From positions 32,001-96,000 of the IMG/VR virus record IMGVR_UViG_3300032236_001180: 64,000 nucleotides of DNA; one strand, given 5' to 3'. The notes beneath the pieces were generated by a model, which searched no databases, was not told the DNA's origin, and saw only the letters and a list, made by a program, of their open reading frames with translations. The stretch is from a virus. The position numbers were made by a program, and so were the translations under genes. Shown here piece by piece: positions 48,283 to 57,598 of the stretch (its first letter is position 1; each line of letters starts with the position of its first letter).

Positions 48283-49068
48283 TTATTTGAATAGTTTTCC
48301 AATGTAACGTCTAAATTCATTATATTTTGAATTTCCCAACCAATCATGACTAAAATATGATGTCTTTGGTTTTAAAAATCTATCCATTTGATTTTCAGAA
48401 ATATAATTTATTTTCATATCAAATTTTTTTCTAACAAAAGGAATAATCAATATCAAAGGTGTTTCTTTTTCTATTATTTGTTCTCTTTTTATATTATTAA
48501 GGGTCATATCATTATTGATAGTTGTATTCCATTCAAAGAACCATTTTAATGGCATAGGAACTTTATCCGTATGCATAACTCCACTTGCTGATGTAAATCT
48601 ATTTTCTCTGTGCCACATTGGATGAGTAATTAAGCAAGATACTCCTGGACTAGTTTTTATATACCAGGGAGTTGATATTTTATGAAATCCTTCATACATT
48701 GGTTCAGTTTCACCTAATAATCCTGATGCTTGATTTTCTGTTTTATGTAACATGTAATCTTCACACATTACATGTTCCCAATTAATATAAAGTTTTCCGT
48801 TGTCATTTCTAATTAAAAAATTATTCCAACTTGGAACAATATATCCAGTAGAAAAATAATCAATAAGACCTGGACACCCCTTAGCATTTGTTTTTTTTCC
48901 AATTTCTAATAAATTATTATTAGTAAATCCAAAAGGACATTTTGATTTTTTTGATAAAATAGGAGTATCGGCAAACCATTTTGGAATATTTTTATATGCT
49001 GGATATGGTGTTGAAATCATTCCTTCATAATTTTCATAAGTAAAAAATTCAATAAGATTGCTTTTCAT
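48283..49068 (-). CDS. conserved phage hypothetical protein (CPG..DY..GY.VP.W / TPW.I.T.PG.S.L..HP / TPL..IIPF family)
   Basis: ORF track; ATG 49068 preferred; motif pattern recurrent next to fibre/adhesin genes. Confidence 0.7.
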   Translation of the reverse strand: MKSNLIEFFTYENYEGMISTPYPAYKNIPKWFADTPILSKKSKCPFGFTNNNLLEIGKKTNAKGCPGLIDYFSTGYIVPSWNNFLIRNDNGKLYINWEHVMCEDYMLHKTENQASGLLGETEPMYEGFHKISTPWYIKTSPGVSCLITHPMWHRENRFTSASGVMHTDKVPMPLKWFFEWNTTINNDMTLNNIKREQIIEKETPLILIIPFVRKKFDMKINYISENQMDRFLKPKTSYFSHDWLGNSKYNEFRRYIGKLFK

Positions 49069-49185
49069 TTTAAATAAATCTAGTTTGTATATTGTAGCAT
49101 ATGTTTTGCATTTTAGCAATTTGTATATCTATGCCCCCAACATAAATTACAATAACATAACAAAAACCTACTTTAAAATATAATA

Positions 49186-49233
49186 CTAAATAAAAGAGGG
49201 GTATATATCCCTCTTTTTTGGTAAATACCGAAA
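49186..49233 (+). promoter_or_regulatory. late-promoter-like CTAAATA followed by two related hairpins
   Basis: AAAAGAGGGGT-ATAT-ATCCCTCTTTT and TTTTGGT-AAAT-ACCGAAA before ATG 49241. Confidence 0.5.
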
Positions 49234-49240
49234 TCTATAA

Positions 49241-51097
49241 ATGAGCACACCGATTAGGATAAAAAGATCTTCTGTGCCCGGAAAACCTCCGGGTCTTACG
49301 GATATACAACTAGGAGAATTAGGTCTTAATACATATGATGCTGAACTTTATACCAGACGAGAAAGAGCTGGTATAGGAACAGATATCGTAAGATTGGGTG
49401 CTGGGGCCACTGTTACTAATATTTTATATGTCACAAGAGACGGAAACGACGCAAACACAGGAAGAAAACTTGGAGATGCAAAAGCAACAATTGCAGGAGC
49501 AGTTGCAGTTGCAACAACAAGCACAATTATTAGGGTTGCTCCTGGATCTTATGTAGAAAATAATCCAATTATTTTACCAGATCAGGTAAGTATTGTAGGA
49601 GATAGTTTAAGAGAAGTCTCCATTACTCCACAAAATCAAGGGGACTTATTTTATGTTGGAAATGGAAATTATGTTTCCAATATGTCTTTCGTGGGTGCAG
49701 CAAATACTGGTGCTATTTTTTCTTTTAGTCCAACTGCGTCAAGATATATTAATCAATCTCCATATGTTCAGAACTGCACTAACTTCATTCCAAATAGTAT
49801 TGGTCTGAAAATTGACGGAAAAAATGCAATAGGACCATTAAAATCAATGGTCCTTGATAGTTACACTCAATACAATCAAGGAGGTATTGGTGTTTCAATT
49901 ACCAATGAAGGGTATGCACAGTTAGTATCACTTTTTACAATTTGTAATGATGTCGCTGTATATTGCGGAAGCGGTGGTGCTTGCGATTTAACAAACTCAA
50001 ACTCTTCATTTGGAAATTATGGATTAGTTGGTGATGGTGTGGGTCCCAAAAAATATACTGGTATCATAACTTCTTATGCAAGTGCGAATAGCGATACATT
50101 TGTATTAAATGTATCGACACCTACACTTAATGTATCAAATGCGGTTTATACGAATACAACTGGCGTAACAACAATTACAACATCATCTTCCCATAATTTG
50201 AATGTTGGAATGAGTGTTTTGGTTTCTGGACTTCAATTTACTTGCACTGGTCCTGGTGGATCTGCAACATATCCAAGTGGAAATAAGGGATACGTTTTTG
50301 AAGTTACTAGCACTCCAACTTCCAATTCTTTTTCAATTAATGTTGGAGTTTCTACTACACCAAATCAAGTTTATGTTTCGGGTGGAACAGTTACTAATAA
50401 TATAGTTCGTCCTTATGATGGGCAAGCCGTTTATTTGGATAGTCTTTATTATACCGTAAATAAGGTTATAGTTGGTTCTGGGGGAACTGGTTATACTTCA
50501 ACACCAACAGTGACTATTAGTCCTCCAAGTACATCCTGGGGTGTTCAGGCGCAGGCAGTTGCCGTAGTTTCCAATGGAAGTGTGACTGGGTTTGAAATTG
50601 TATCCAATGGTCGTGGTTATACTTCAACACCAACAGTTACAATTGGTTCTCCAAATAGTGGAATAAATACTGCTATAGCATCCATTCAATTATTACCGAC
50701 TTATTATACAATTAAGAATTCTACTCCGATTTCTTCTGGAATTTGTACAATTACCTTGAATGATAATGTTCCTTATGCGGTTGGTGTTGGAACAACAGTT
50801 CCATTTTTCAAACAAAGTAGAGTATTAGCATCTGGTCATTCTTTTGAATACATTGGTTCTGGGGTTACAATTTCATCTGCTCTTCCTTCTACTGGTGGTG
50901 TCCCAATACAAGACAATGAAACTGATGCCCGCAATGGCGGAATTGTAATTTATACCAGCACTGATCAATCTGGAAATTTTAGAATTGGCGATGGTGTTGC
51001 AATTAATCAAAATACTGGAACTATATCTGGTATTTTCTATTCCAAGAGTTTATTTTCAACAATGACACCATTTATTTTAGCACTCGGAGGACCATAA
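49241..51097 (+). CDS. tail-fibre/baseplate protein, paralogue of the C-terminal half of 28141-31569
   Basis: N-terminal IRIKRS.VPGK.P....GELGLNT.D anchor motif; YVTRDGND.N.G, SPYVQNCTNF, DSYTQYN, GHSFEYIG, TPFILAL. Confidence 0.78.
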   Translation: MSTPIRIKRSSVPGKPPGLTDIQLGELGLNTYDAELYTRRERAGIGTDIVRLGAGATVTNILYVTRDGNDANTGRKLGDAKATIAGAVAVATTSTIIRVAPGSYVENNPIILPDQVSIVGDSLREVSITPQNQGDLFYVGNGNYVSNMSFVGAANTGAIFSFSPTASRYINQSPYVQNCTNFIPNSIGLKIDGKNAIGPLKSMVLDSYTQYNQGGIGVSITNEGYAQLVSLFTICNDVAVYCGSGGACDLTNSNSSFGNYGLVGDGVGPKKYTGIITSYASANSDTFVLNVSTPTLNVSNAVYTNTTGVTTITTSSSHNLNVGMSVLVSGLQFTCTGPGGSATYPSGNKGYVFEVTSTPTSNSFSINVGVSTTPNQVYVSGGTVTNNIVRPYDGQAVYLDSLYYTVNKVIVGSGGTGYTSTPTVTISPPSTSWGVQAQAVAVVSNGSVTGFEIVSNGRGYTSTPTVTIGSPNSGINTAIASIQLLPTYYTIKNSTPISSGICTITLNDNVPYAVGVGTTVPFFKQSRVLASGHSFEYIGSGVTISSALPSTGGVPIQDNETDARNGGIVIYTSTDQSGNFRIGDGVAINQNTGTISGIFYSKSLFSTMTPFILALGGP

Positions 51098-51100
51098 AAA

Positions 51101-51442
51101 ATGTCATTAGCACTTAATGTATTTAAAACGGTAACGCAAATTGCACCAACAAGTCCAGTTGGAATTTACACTGCCCCTGTTGGTTATACTGGAGTTGTTT
51201 TATTAGCACAAGCGGCAAATATTAGTTCATCTACTTATACGATTAACTTTTATCACCAAAGAACGGTTAGTGGTATTGCGGTGACGACTGAAATTGTAAA
51301 AAGTTTTCCAATTTCTGGTAATGATACTACTTCACTTTTATCTGGTAAATTGATTTTACAATCTGGTGATTCTTTGATTTTATCGGCAAGTGATCCAAAT
51401 AATATTAAGTTTATTGGTAGCATTTTAGAAACACTTAACTAG
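51101..51442 (+). CDS. small structural protein, paralogue of 31573-32235
   Basis: LALNVFKT...IYTAPVGY.GVVLLAQAAN...GKL.LQSGD...SILETLN. Confidence 0.7.
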   Translation: MSLALNVFKTVTQIAPTSPVGIYTAPVGYTGVVLLAQAANISSSTYTINFYHQRTVSGIAVTTEIVKSFPISGNDTTSLLSGKLILQSGDSLILSASDPNNIKFIGSILETLN

Positions 51443-51451
51443 TAAGAGAAA

Positions 51452-54400
51452 ATGGCACAGTTCCTTAGCGGCAGACAAAGAAATCTTAAAGTTGGTATTT
51501 CTTCTTTCAGTGAGAATACGACTTCATTACAGGTAACTGGAAATGTCGGTATTGGAACAACATTTGCTGGGTCATCTTTATATGTAATTGGAGATGGTGG
51601 ATTTACTGGTGTTGTGACGGCGGTTACATTTAACGGACAGATTAATTCTGGCGTTGCAACAATTACTACAATTGCAGGTACAGCAGCGACTTATAGTATT
51701 GGAAATATCACCACACTTTCTGGTACTTATGAGTATTATAATGTAGGAGTTGTGACTGCACTTGCTGGTACAGCAATCACTTATACTACTGGTAACATTA
51801 CGACTTTAAGTGGAAGTAATGCTTATTATAATACGGGTATTGTAACAACTTTAAGTGGCACTTATGGTTATCATAATGTAGGTGTCGTAACTGCACTTGC
51901 TGGTACTGCTTTAACATATACTACTGGCAATATCACCACTTTAAGTGGTACTTATGGGTATCACAATGTAGGTATTATAACTGCACTTGCTGGTACTGCT
52001 TTAACATATACTACTGGTAACATTGCTACTTTAAGCGGAAGTAATGCTTATTATAATGCTGGTATTATTACGACTTTAAGTGGTACTAATTTAACTTATA
52101 CGAATGGAACCGTAACTGCATTAACTGGAACAGCAGCTACCATCACTACGGGTAATATTGCTACTTTAAGTGGTACTTATGGTTATCATAATGTAGGAAT
52201 TATAACTGCACTAGCAGGTACTGCTGTTACATATACTACTGGAAATATCACCACATTATCGGGAAGTAATGTTTATTATAATACTGGTATCGTAACAACT
52301 TTAAGTGGCACTTATGGTTATCAAAATGTAGGTATTATTACAGCACTAGCAGGTACTGCTTTAACATTCACTACCGGTAATATTACGACTTTAAGCGGAA
52401 GTAATGCTTATTATAATACGGGTATTGTTACAACTTTAAGTGGTACTAATCTAACTTATACCAACGGAACTATAAATGCCTTAACCGGAACAGCAGCAAC
52501 AATAACGACTGGTAACATTACGACTTTAAGTGGATCTAATGCTTACTATAATACTGGTATTGTTACCACACTTTCTGGTACAAATCTAACTTATACGAAT
52601 AGGACTATAAATGCCTTAACCGGAACAGCAGCCACAATCACCACAGGTAATATAACAACATTATCTGGTTCCAATGCTTATTACAATGTAGGAATTATAA
52701 CTGCCCTTACCGGTACTGCTGTCACATTTACTACTGGTAACATCACTACTTTAAGCGGAAGTAATGCTTATTATAATACTGGTATTGTTACCACACTTTC
52801 TGGTACAAACTTAACTTATACCAACGGCTCGTTAACTTCTCTTACCGGTACTGCTGCTACATTTACTACTGGTAATATCACTACTTTAAGTGGAAGCAAT
52901 GCTTATTATAATGTGGGCGTTTTAACTGCACTATCAGGAACAGCAGTTACTTATACTACCGGAAATATAACAACATTATCGGGTTCTAATGCTTATTATA
53001 ATACTGGTATTGTCACTACACTTTCTGGCACTAATCTAACTTATGTTAATGGTTCTCTAACTTCTCTTACTGGTACTGCTGCTACATTTACTACTGGTAA
53101 CATTACGACTTTAAGCGGAAGTAATGCTTATTATAATACAGGAATTATAACCACACTTTCTGGCACTTATGGTTACCATAATGTAGGTATTATTACAGCA
53201 CTTGCTGGTACTGCTTTAACATATACTACTGGAAATATTACTACGCTATCGGGATCTAATGCTTATTACAATACAGGAATTGTAACAACTTTAAGTGGTA
53301 CTAATCTAACTTATACCAATACGACATTAACTTCTCTTACCGGTACTGCTGCTACATTTACTACTGGTAATATTACGACTTTAAGTGGAAGTAATGCCTA
53401 CTATAATACCGGAATTGTCACTACACTTTCTGGTACTAACTTAACTTATACAAATGGTAACGTAAATTATTTTGTTGGTGCTGCTGCCACAATCACTACT
53501 GGAAATATTACTACATTATCAGGTTCTAATGCTTATTATAATACTGGAATTGTAACAACTTTAAGTGGTACTAATTTAACTTATTCTAATGGTTCTCTAA
53601 CCTCTCTTACTGGTACTGCTGCTACTATTACGTCTGCTAACATCAATACATTAAGTGGCACTTATGCTTATCAAAATGTAGGATTAATTACAGCACTAGC
53701 AGGTACAGCAGTTACTTATTCTAATGGTTCTCTAACCTCTCTTACTGGTACTGCCGCTACATTCACTGCCGGTAATATCAATACTTTAACTGGAACTTAT
53801 GCTTATCAAAATGTAGGTATTATTACAGCACTTGCTGGTACTGCTTTAACATATACTACTGGTAACATTGCCACTCTAAGTGGAAGTAATGCTTATTATA
53901 ATGTTGGTATTATAACCGATATCAAAGGAACTAATCTAAACTATACTGGTGTTGGTACAATCAATACCCTGAATAGTTTTACTGGAAACATCACAAACCT
54001 CAATACAAATGCAGGTATTGTAACTGATATTAAAGGAACTAATCTAAACTATACTGGTGTTGGTACAATTAATACATTTTATAGTAATAGTGGTATTATT
54101 ACAACTTTATCTGCTACTAATGCAACTATTGCAAATCTTAATATTACAAATAATATTAATACTTCCGGCGTAGTCACTGCTTATAGATTTGTTTCTACTG
54201 CTGGAATTGGAACAGCTCCAATTTCTGTTGCTTCTTCTACATTAGTTACAAATCTAAATGTTCAGTACTTGAATAGCCAGCCAGGTTCTTTCTATCAAAA
54301 TGCTGATAATTTAAATTCCGGTACTGTTGCTGCAAATAGACTAGCAACTTCAAATAGTTTTAGTATTTTTGGTGACTTATCTGTTACTGGAAATTTAAGT

Positions 54401-57400
54401 ATCGGTGGAACTAATGTTGTTATTAGTGCTAATACTTTATCAATTGGAGATAGAGATATTGTTGTTGGTATTGTAACTACTAATTACGGAGGACCTGCTG
54501 ACTTAGCAAATGACAATACCGCAAATCACGGTGGTATAGCAGTCGCAAGTACTGTTGGAAGTCCATTGATTTCTATGGCGGTTGTAGGAATTAACAGCCT
54601 TCCAGATACCTACAAGCAAATAATGTGGGTAAAATCTGGAACATTTAGTGGACTTAATACTGATGTCTTTATGTTTAATTATGGTGTAGGTATTGGTTCT
54701 ACACAAGTTCCTAATGGTGTTCGTTTGGCAGTTGGCGGGGTACAGATTACTGATAGCACGGTTAATTCTCTTATTGGTAATATCAATTACCTTAATGGCA
54801 CTACTGTAACTTATACTACTGGAAATATAAACACTTTAAGTGGCACTTATGGTTATCAAAATATAGGACTAATCACAGCACTTTCTGGTACTGGAATTAC
54901 ATATACAAATGGTAATATCAATACTTTAACTGGTACTTATGCTTATCAAAATGTAGGTATCATTACTGCTCTTGCCGGTACTGCTGTTACTTATGCCTTT
55001 GGAAATGTAGGCACACTTTCCGGTCAAAGTGCTTATTATAATACTGGAATTGTTACCACATTAACTGGTACTGCCGCTACATTCACTACCGGAAACATCA
55101 CTACTTTAAGTGGAAGTAATGCTTATTATAATACTGGTATTGTTACCACACTTTCTGGTACTAATTTAACTTATACTAACGGTTCTCTAACTTCTCTTAC
55201 TGGTACTGCCGCTACATTTACTACCGGTAACATCACTACTTTAAGCGGAAGTAATGCTTATTATAATACTGGTATTGTTACTGCACTTTCTGGTACAAAC
55301 CTAACTTATACTAACGGTTCTCTAACTTCTCTTACTGGTACTGCTGCCACAATCACTACTGCAAATATAACAACTCTTGCTGGTAGCAATGCTTATTATA
55401 ATACTGGTATCGTAACAACTTTAAGTGGTACAACAGTAACTTATAATACTGGTATCGTTACCACACTTTCTGCTACTTATGGTTACCAAAATATAGGTAT
55501 TGCAACGGCACTTGCTGGTACGGCACTTACTTACACTTCTGGTAATATTGCTACATTATCAGGTTCTAATGCTTACTATAATACTGGTATTGTCACTACA
55601 CTTTCTGGTACTAATTTAACTTATACTAACGGTTCTCTAACTTCTCTTACTGGAACAGCAGCAACAATCACCACAGGTAATATTACAACTTTAAGTGGTT
55701 CCAATGCTTATTATAATACTGGTATCGTAACAACTTTAAGTGGTACTAATCTAACTTATACAAATGGTAATGTAAATTATTTTGTTGGTGCTGCTGCTAC
55801 TATCACTACCGGTAACATTACGACTTTAAGTGGAAGCAATGCTTATTATAATACTGGTATTGTAACATCTTTAAGTGGTACTAATTTAACTTATACCAAC
55901 TCAACATTAACTTCTCTTACTGGTACTGCCGCTACTATTACATCTGCTAACATCACTACATTAAGTGGTACTTATGCTTATCAAAATGTAGGTATTATAA
56001 CTGCTCTTTCCGGTACTGCTGTTACATATACTACTGGAAATATCACTACTTTAAGTGGTAGTAATGTTTACTATAATACTGGTATTGTTACTACACTTTC
56101 TGGTACAAACCTAACTTATACTAACGGAACTATAAATGCCTTAACAGGAACAGCAGCCACAATAACAACTGGAAACATTACGACTTTAAATGGTTCCAAT
56201 GCTTATTACAATGTAGGAATTATAACTTCACTTACTTCTAATACTCTCAATATATTGGGTGTTTCTACACTTACTACTCTTTCTGTTGGTGGAACTACTG
56301 GAACTAGTGGTCAATATTTAAAATCAACTGGAACAGGACTTGTTTGGTCTAGTTTTACTTCATTAAGAAGTGTCTATAACTATACTGCGACAGAAGGTCA
56401 AAAACAATTTGTTGCTTCTGGAATTAATACTGGATATGTAGATGTATTCTTAAATGGAATTCGTTTAGACGATACAAATTATTCTATTATTGGAACCGGT
56501 GTTAGTTTAGGTGTTGGTGCTTTTGGTAATGATGAAATTACAATTGTTGGATTCAATACTGTAAATGCTGGAAGTGGTGGTAGTGGGTCAAGTTCTCAAA
56601 CATTAGATCAAACATTAGCATTTGGAAATTCTTCTAGTCTTGGAATGTCGGTTGGTGTAATAACCGCAACTAACTTCTTTGGAAATGGATCTGGTCTTAC
56701 TGGTATTATTGCGGCAGGAACTGGAATTGTCATCAAAGATGATGGCATTTTAGTTGGAACTGCATCTACCATAGATTTTGGTGCTAATCTATCAGTATCG
56801 CCAGTATCTGCTGGTGTTGTTACTATAACTGCATCTGGTGGCAATTCTGGTATTGCTACATATGCATCAATTGCTGGTATAGCAACTTATTCTACAACAG
56901 CAGGAATTGCTACTTACGCTACTTCTAGTGGTATAGCAACTTATGCTACTTCTAGTGGTATATCAACCTATGCTACAACCGCAGGAATTGCTACTTATTC
57001 TGGAACTTCTGGTATAGCAACTTATGCAGCATCGGCAGGAATTGCTACTTATTCTGGAACTTCTGGTATAGCAACAATTGCAGGGTATGCATCAACAGCA
57101 GGAATTTCAACAGTAGCACAAAATCTTACAGGTTCTCCAAATATTACAGTTTCTTCTGTAAATTCGTCTGGTGTTGTTACTGCAACATCATTCTCTGGTT
57201 CTAATACACTTAAATCCAGAACAACTGTAATTGGTGTTACTACATCTATTGTAAATAATGGAATTGGCAATACTGATATTACCGGATTCAAATCTTATGC
57301 TTTGATGAAGATTGGATTATCTACATCAGGTTGGTTAAGACTATATACTGATAGCACATCAAGAACAAATGATGTAAGTAGAAGTGTTGGAATTGACCCT

Positions 57401-57592
57401 ACACCTGGAAGTGGAGTGATTGCAGAAATTGTAACTACTGGTATTTCAACTACTCAAATTATTTCTCCTTTTGTAATGGGTGGAAACTTAAACAATCCTG
57501 CTGATACTACAATATATGCAGCAATCACAAATCTATCTGGTATTACAACCAGTATTTCAGCACAACTCACAATTCTTCAAATGGAGGTATAA
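51452..57592 (+). CDS. highly repetitive Thr-rich tail-fibre protein (2046 aa)
   Basis: MAQFLSGR N-terminus like 32235; two long arrays of 15-aa units and a GIATY array. Confidence 0.85.
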   Translation: MAQFLSGRQRNLKVGISSFSENTTSLQVTGNVGIGTTFAGSSLYVIGDGGFTGVVTAVTFNGQINSGVATITTIAGTAATYSIGNITTLSGTYEYYNVGVVTALAGTAITYTTGNITTLSGSNAYYNTGIVTTLSGTYGYHNVGVVTALAGTALTYTTGNITTLSGTYGYHNVGIITALAGTALTYTTGNIATLSGSNAYYNAGIITTLSGTNLTYTNGTVTALTGTAATITTGNIATLSGTYGYHNVGIITALAGTAVTYTTGNITTLSGSNVYYNTGIVTTLSGTYGYQNVGIITALAGTALTFTTGNITTLSGSNAYYNTGIVTTLSGTNLTYTNGTINALTGTAATITTGNITTLSGSNAYYNTGIVTTLSGTNLTYTNRTINALTGTAATITTGNITTLSGSNAYYNVGIITALTGTAVTFTTGNITTLSGSNAYYNTGIVTTLSGTNLTYTNGSLTSLTGTAATFTTGNITTLSGSNAYYNVGVLTALSGTAVTYTTGNITTLSGSNAYYNTGIVTTLSGTNLTYVNGSLTSLTGTAATFTTGNITTLSGSNAYYNTGIITTLSGTYGYHNVGIITALAGTALTYTTGNITTLSGSNAYYNTGIVTTLSGTNLTYTNTTLTSLTGTAATFTTGNITTLSGSNAYYNTGIVTTLSGTNLTYTNGNVNYFVGAAATITTGNITTLSGSNAYYNTGIVTTLSGTNLTYSNGSLTSLTGTAATITSANINTLSGTYAYQNVGLITALAGTAVTYSNGSLTSLTGTAATFTAGNINTLTGTYAYQNVGIITALAGTALTYTTGNIATLSGSNAYYNVGIITDIKGTNLNYTGVGTINTLNSFTGNITNLNTNAGIVTDIKGTNLNYTGVGTINTFYSNSGIITTLSATNATIANLNITNNINTSGVVTAYRFVSTAGIGTAPISVASSTLVTNLNVQYLNSQPGSFYQNADNLNSGTVAANRLATSNSFSIFGDLSVTGNLSIGGTNVVISANTLSIGDRDIVVGIVTTNYGGPADLANDNTANHGGIAVASTVGSPLISMAVVGINSLPDTYKQIMWVKSGTFSGLNTDVFMFNYGVGIGSTQVPNGVRLAVGGVQITDSTVNSLIGNINYLNGTTVTYTTGNINTLSGTYGYQNIGLITALSGTGITYTNGNINTLTGTYAYQNVGIITALAGTAVTYAFGNVGTLSGQSAYYNTGIVTTLTGTAATFTTGNITTLSGSNAYYNTGIVTTLSGTNLTYTNGSLTSLTGTAATFTTGNITTLSGSNAYYNTGIVTALSGTNLTYTNGSLTSLTGTAATITTANITTLAGSNAYYNTGIVTTLSGTTVTYNTGIVTTLSATYGYQNIGIATALAGTALTYTSGNIATLSGSNAYYNTGIVTTLSGTNLTYTNGSLTSLTGTAATITTGNITTLSGSNAYYNTGIVTTLSGTNLTYTNGNVNYFVGAAATITTGNITTLSGSNAYYNTGIVTSLSGTNLTYTNSTLTSLTGTAATITSANITTLSGTYAYQNVGIITALSGTAVTYTTGNITTLSGSNVYYNTGIVTTLSGTNLTYTNGTINALTGTAATITTGNITTLNGSNAYYNVGIITSLTSNTLNILGVSTLTTLSVGGTTGTSGQYLKSTGTGLVWSSFTSLRSVYNYTATEGQKQFVASGINTGYVDVFLNGIRLDDTNYSIIGTGVSLGVGAFGNDEITIVGFNTVNAGSGGSGSSSQTLDQTLAFGNSSSLGMSVGVITATNFFGNGSGLTGIIAAGTGIVIKDDGILVGTASTIDFGANLSVSPVSAGVVTITASGGNSGIATYASIAGIATYSTTAGIATYATSSGIATYATSSGISTYATTAGIATYSGTSGIATYAASAGIATYSGTSGIATIAGYASTAGISTVAQNLTGSPNITVSSVNSSGVVTATSFSGSNTLKSRTTVIGVTTSIVNNGIGNTDITGFKSYALMKIGLSTSGWLRLYTDSTSRTNDVSRSVGIDPTPGSGVIAEIVTTGISTTQIISPFVMGGNLNNPADTTIYAAITNLSGITTSISAQLTILQMEV
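51660..53960 (+). repeat. degenerate 45-bp (15-aa) tandem array 1, roughly 50 units
   Basis: Units such as GNITTLSGSNAYYNT, GIVTTLSGTNLTYTN and GSLTSLTGTAATFTT; boundaries approximate. Confidence 0.88.
54775..56230 (+). repeat. degenerate 45-bp (15-aa) tandem array 2, roughly 32 units
   Basis: Same unit types as array 1; boundaries approximate. Confidence 0.88.
56845..57115 (+). repeat. 27-bp (9-aa) GIATYxxxx tandem array, about 10 units
   Basis: SGIATYASI AGIATYSTT AGIATYATS SGIATYATS... Confidence 0.85.
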
Positions 57593-57598
57593 AGACTA

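Noticed and set aside
47134-49190. Invertible (shufflon-like) segment
   Set aside because: No flanking inverted repeats were found by eye and no recombinase gene is in the window.
51660-56230. 45-bp periodic repeats as a CRISPR array
   Set aside because: Units are degenerate, contiguous and in frame within one ORF, vary at synonymous sites, and have no unique spacers or cas genes.
51660-56230. Thr-rich repeats as an ice-nucleation or antifreeze protein
   Set aside because: The period is 15 aa and lacks the AGYGSTxTA 16-aa consensus; the same unit appears in ordinary fibre shafts here.
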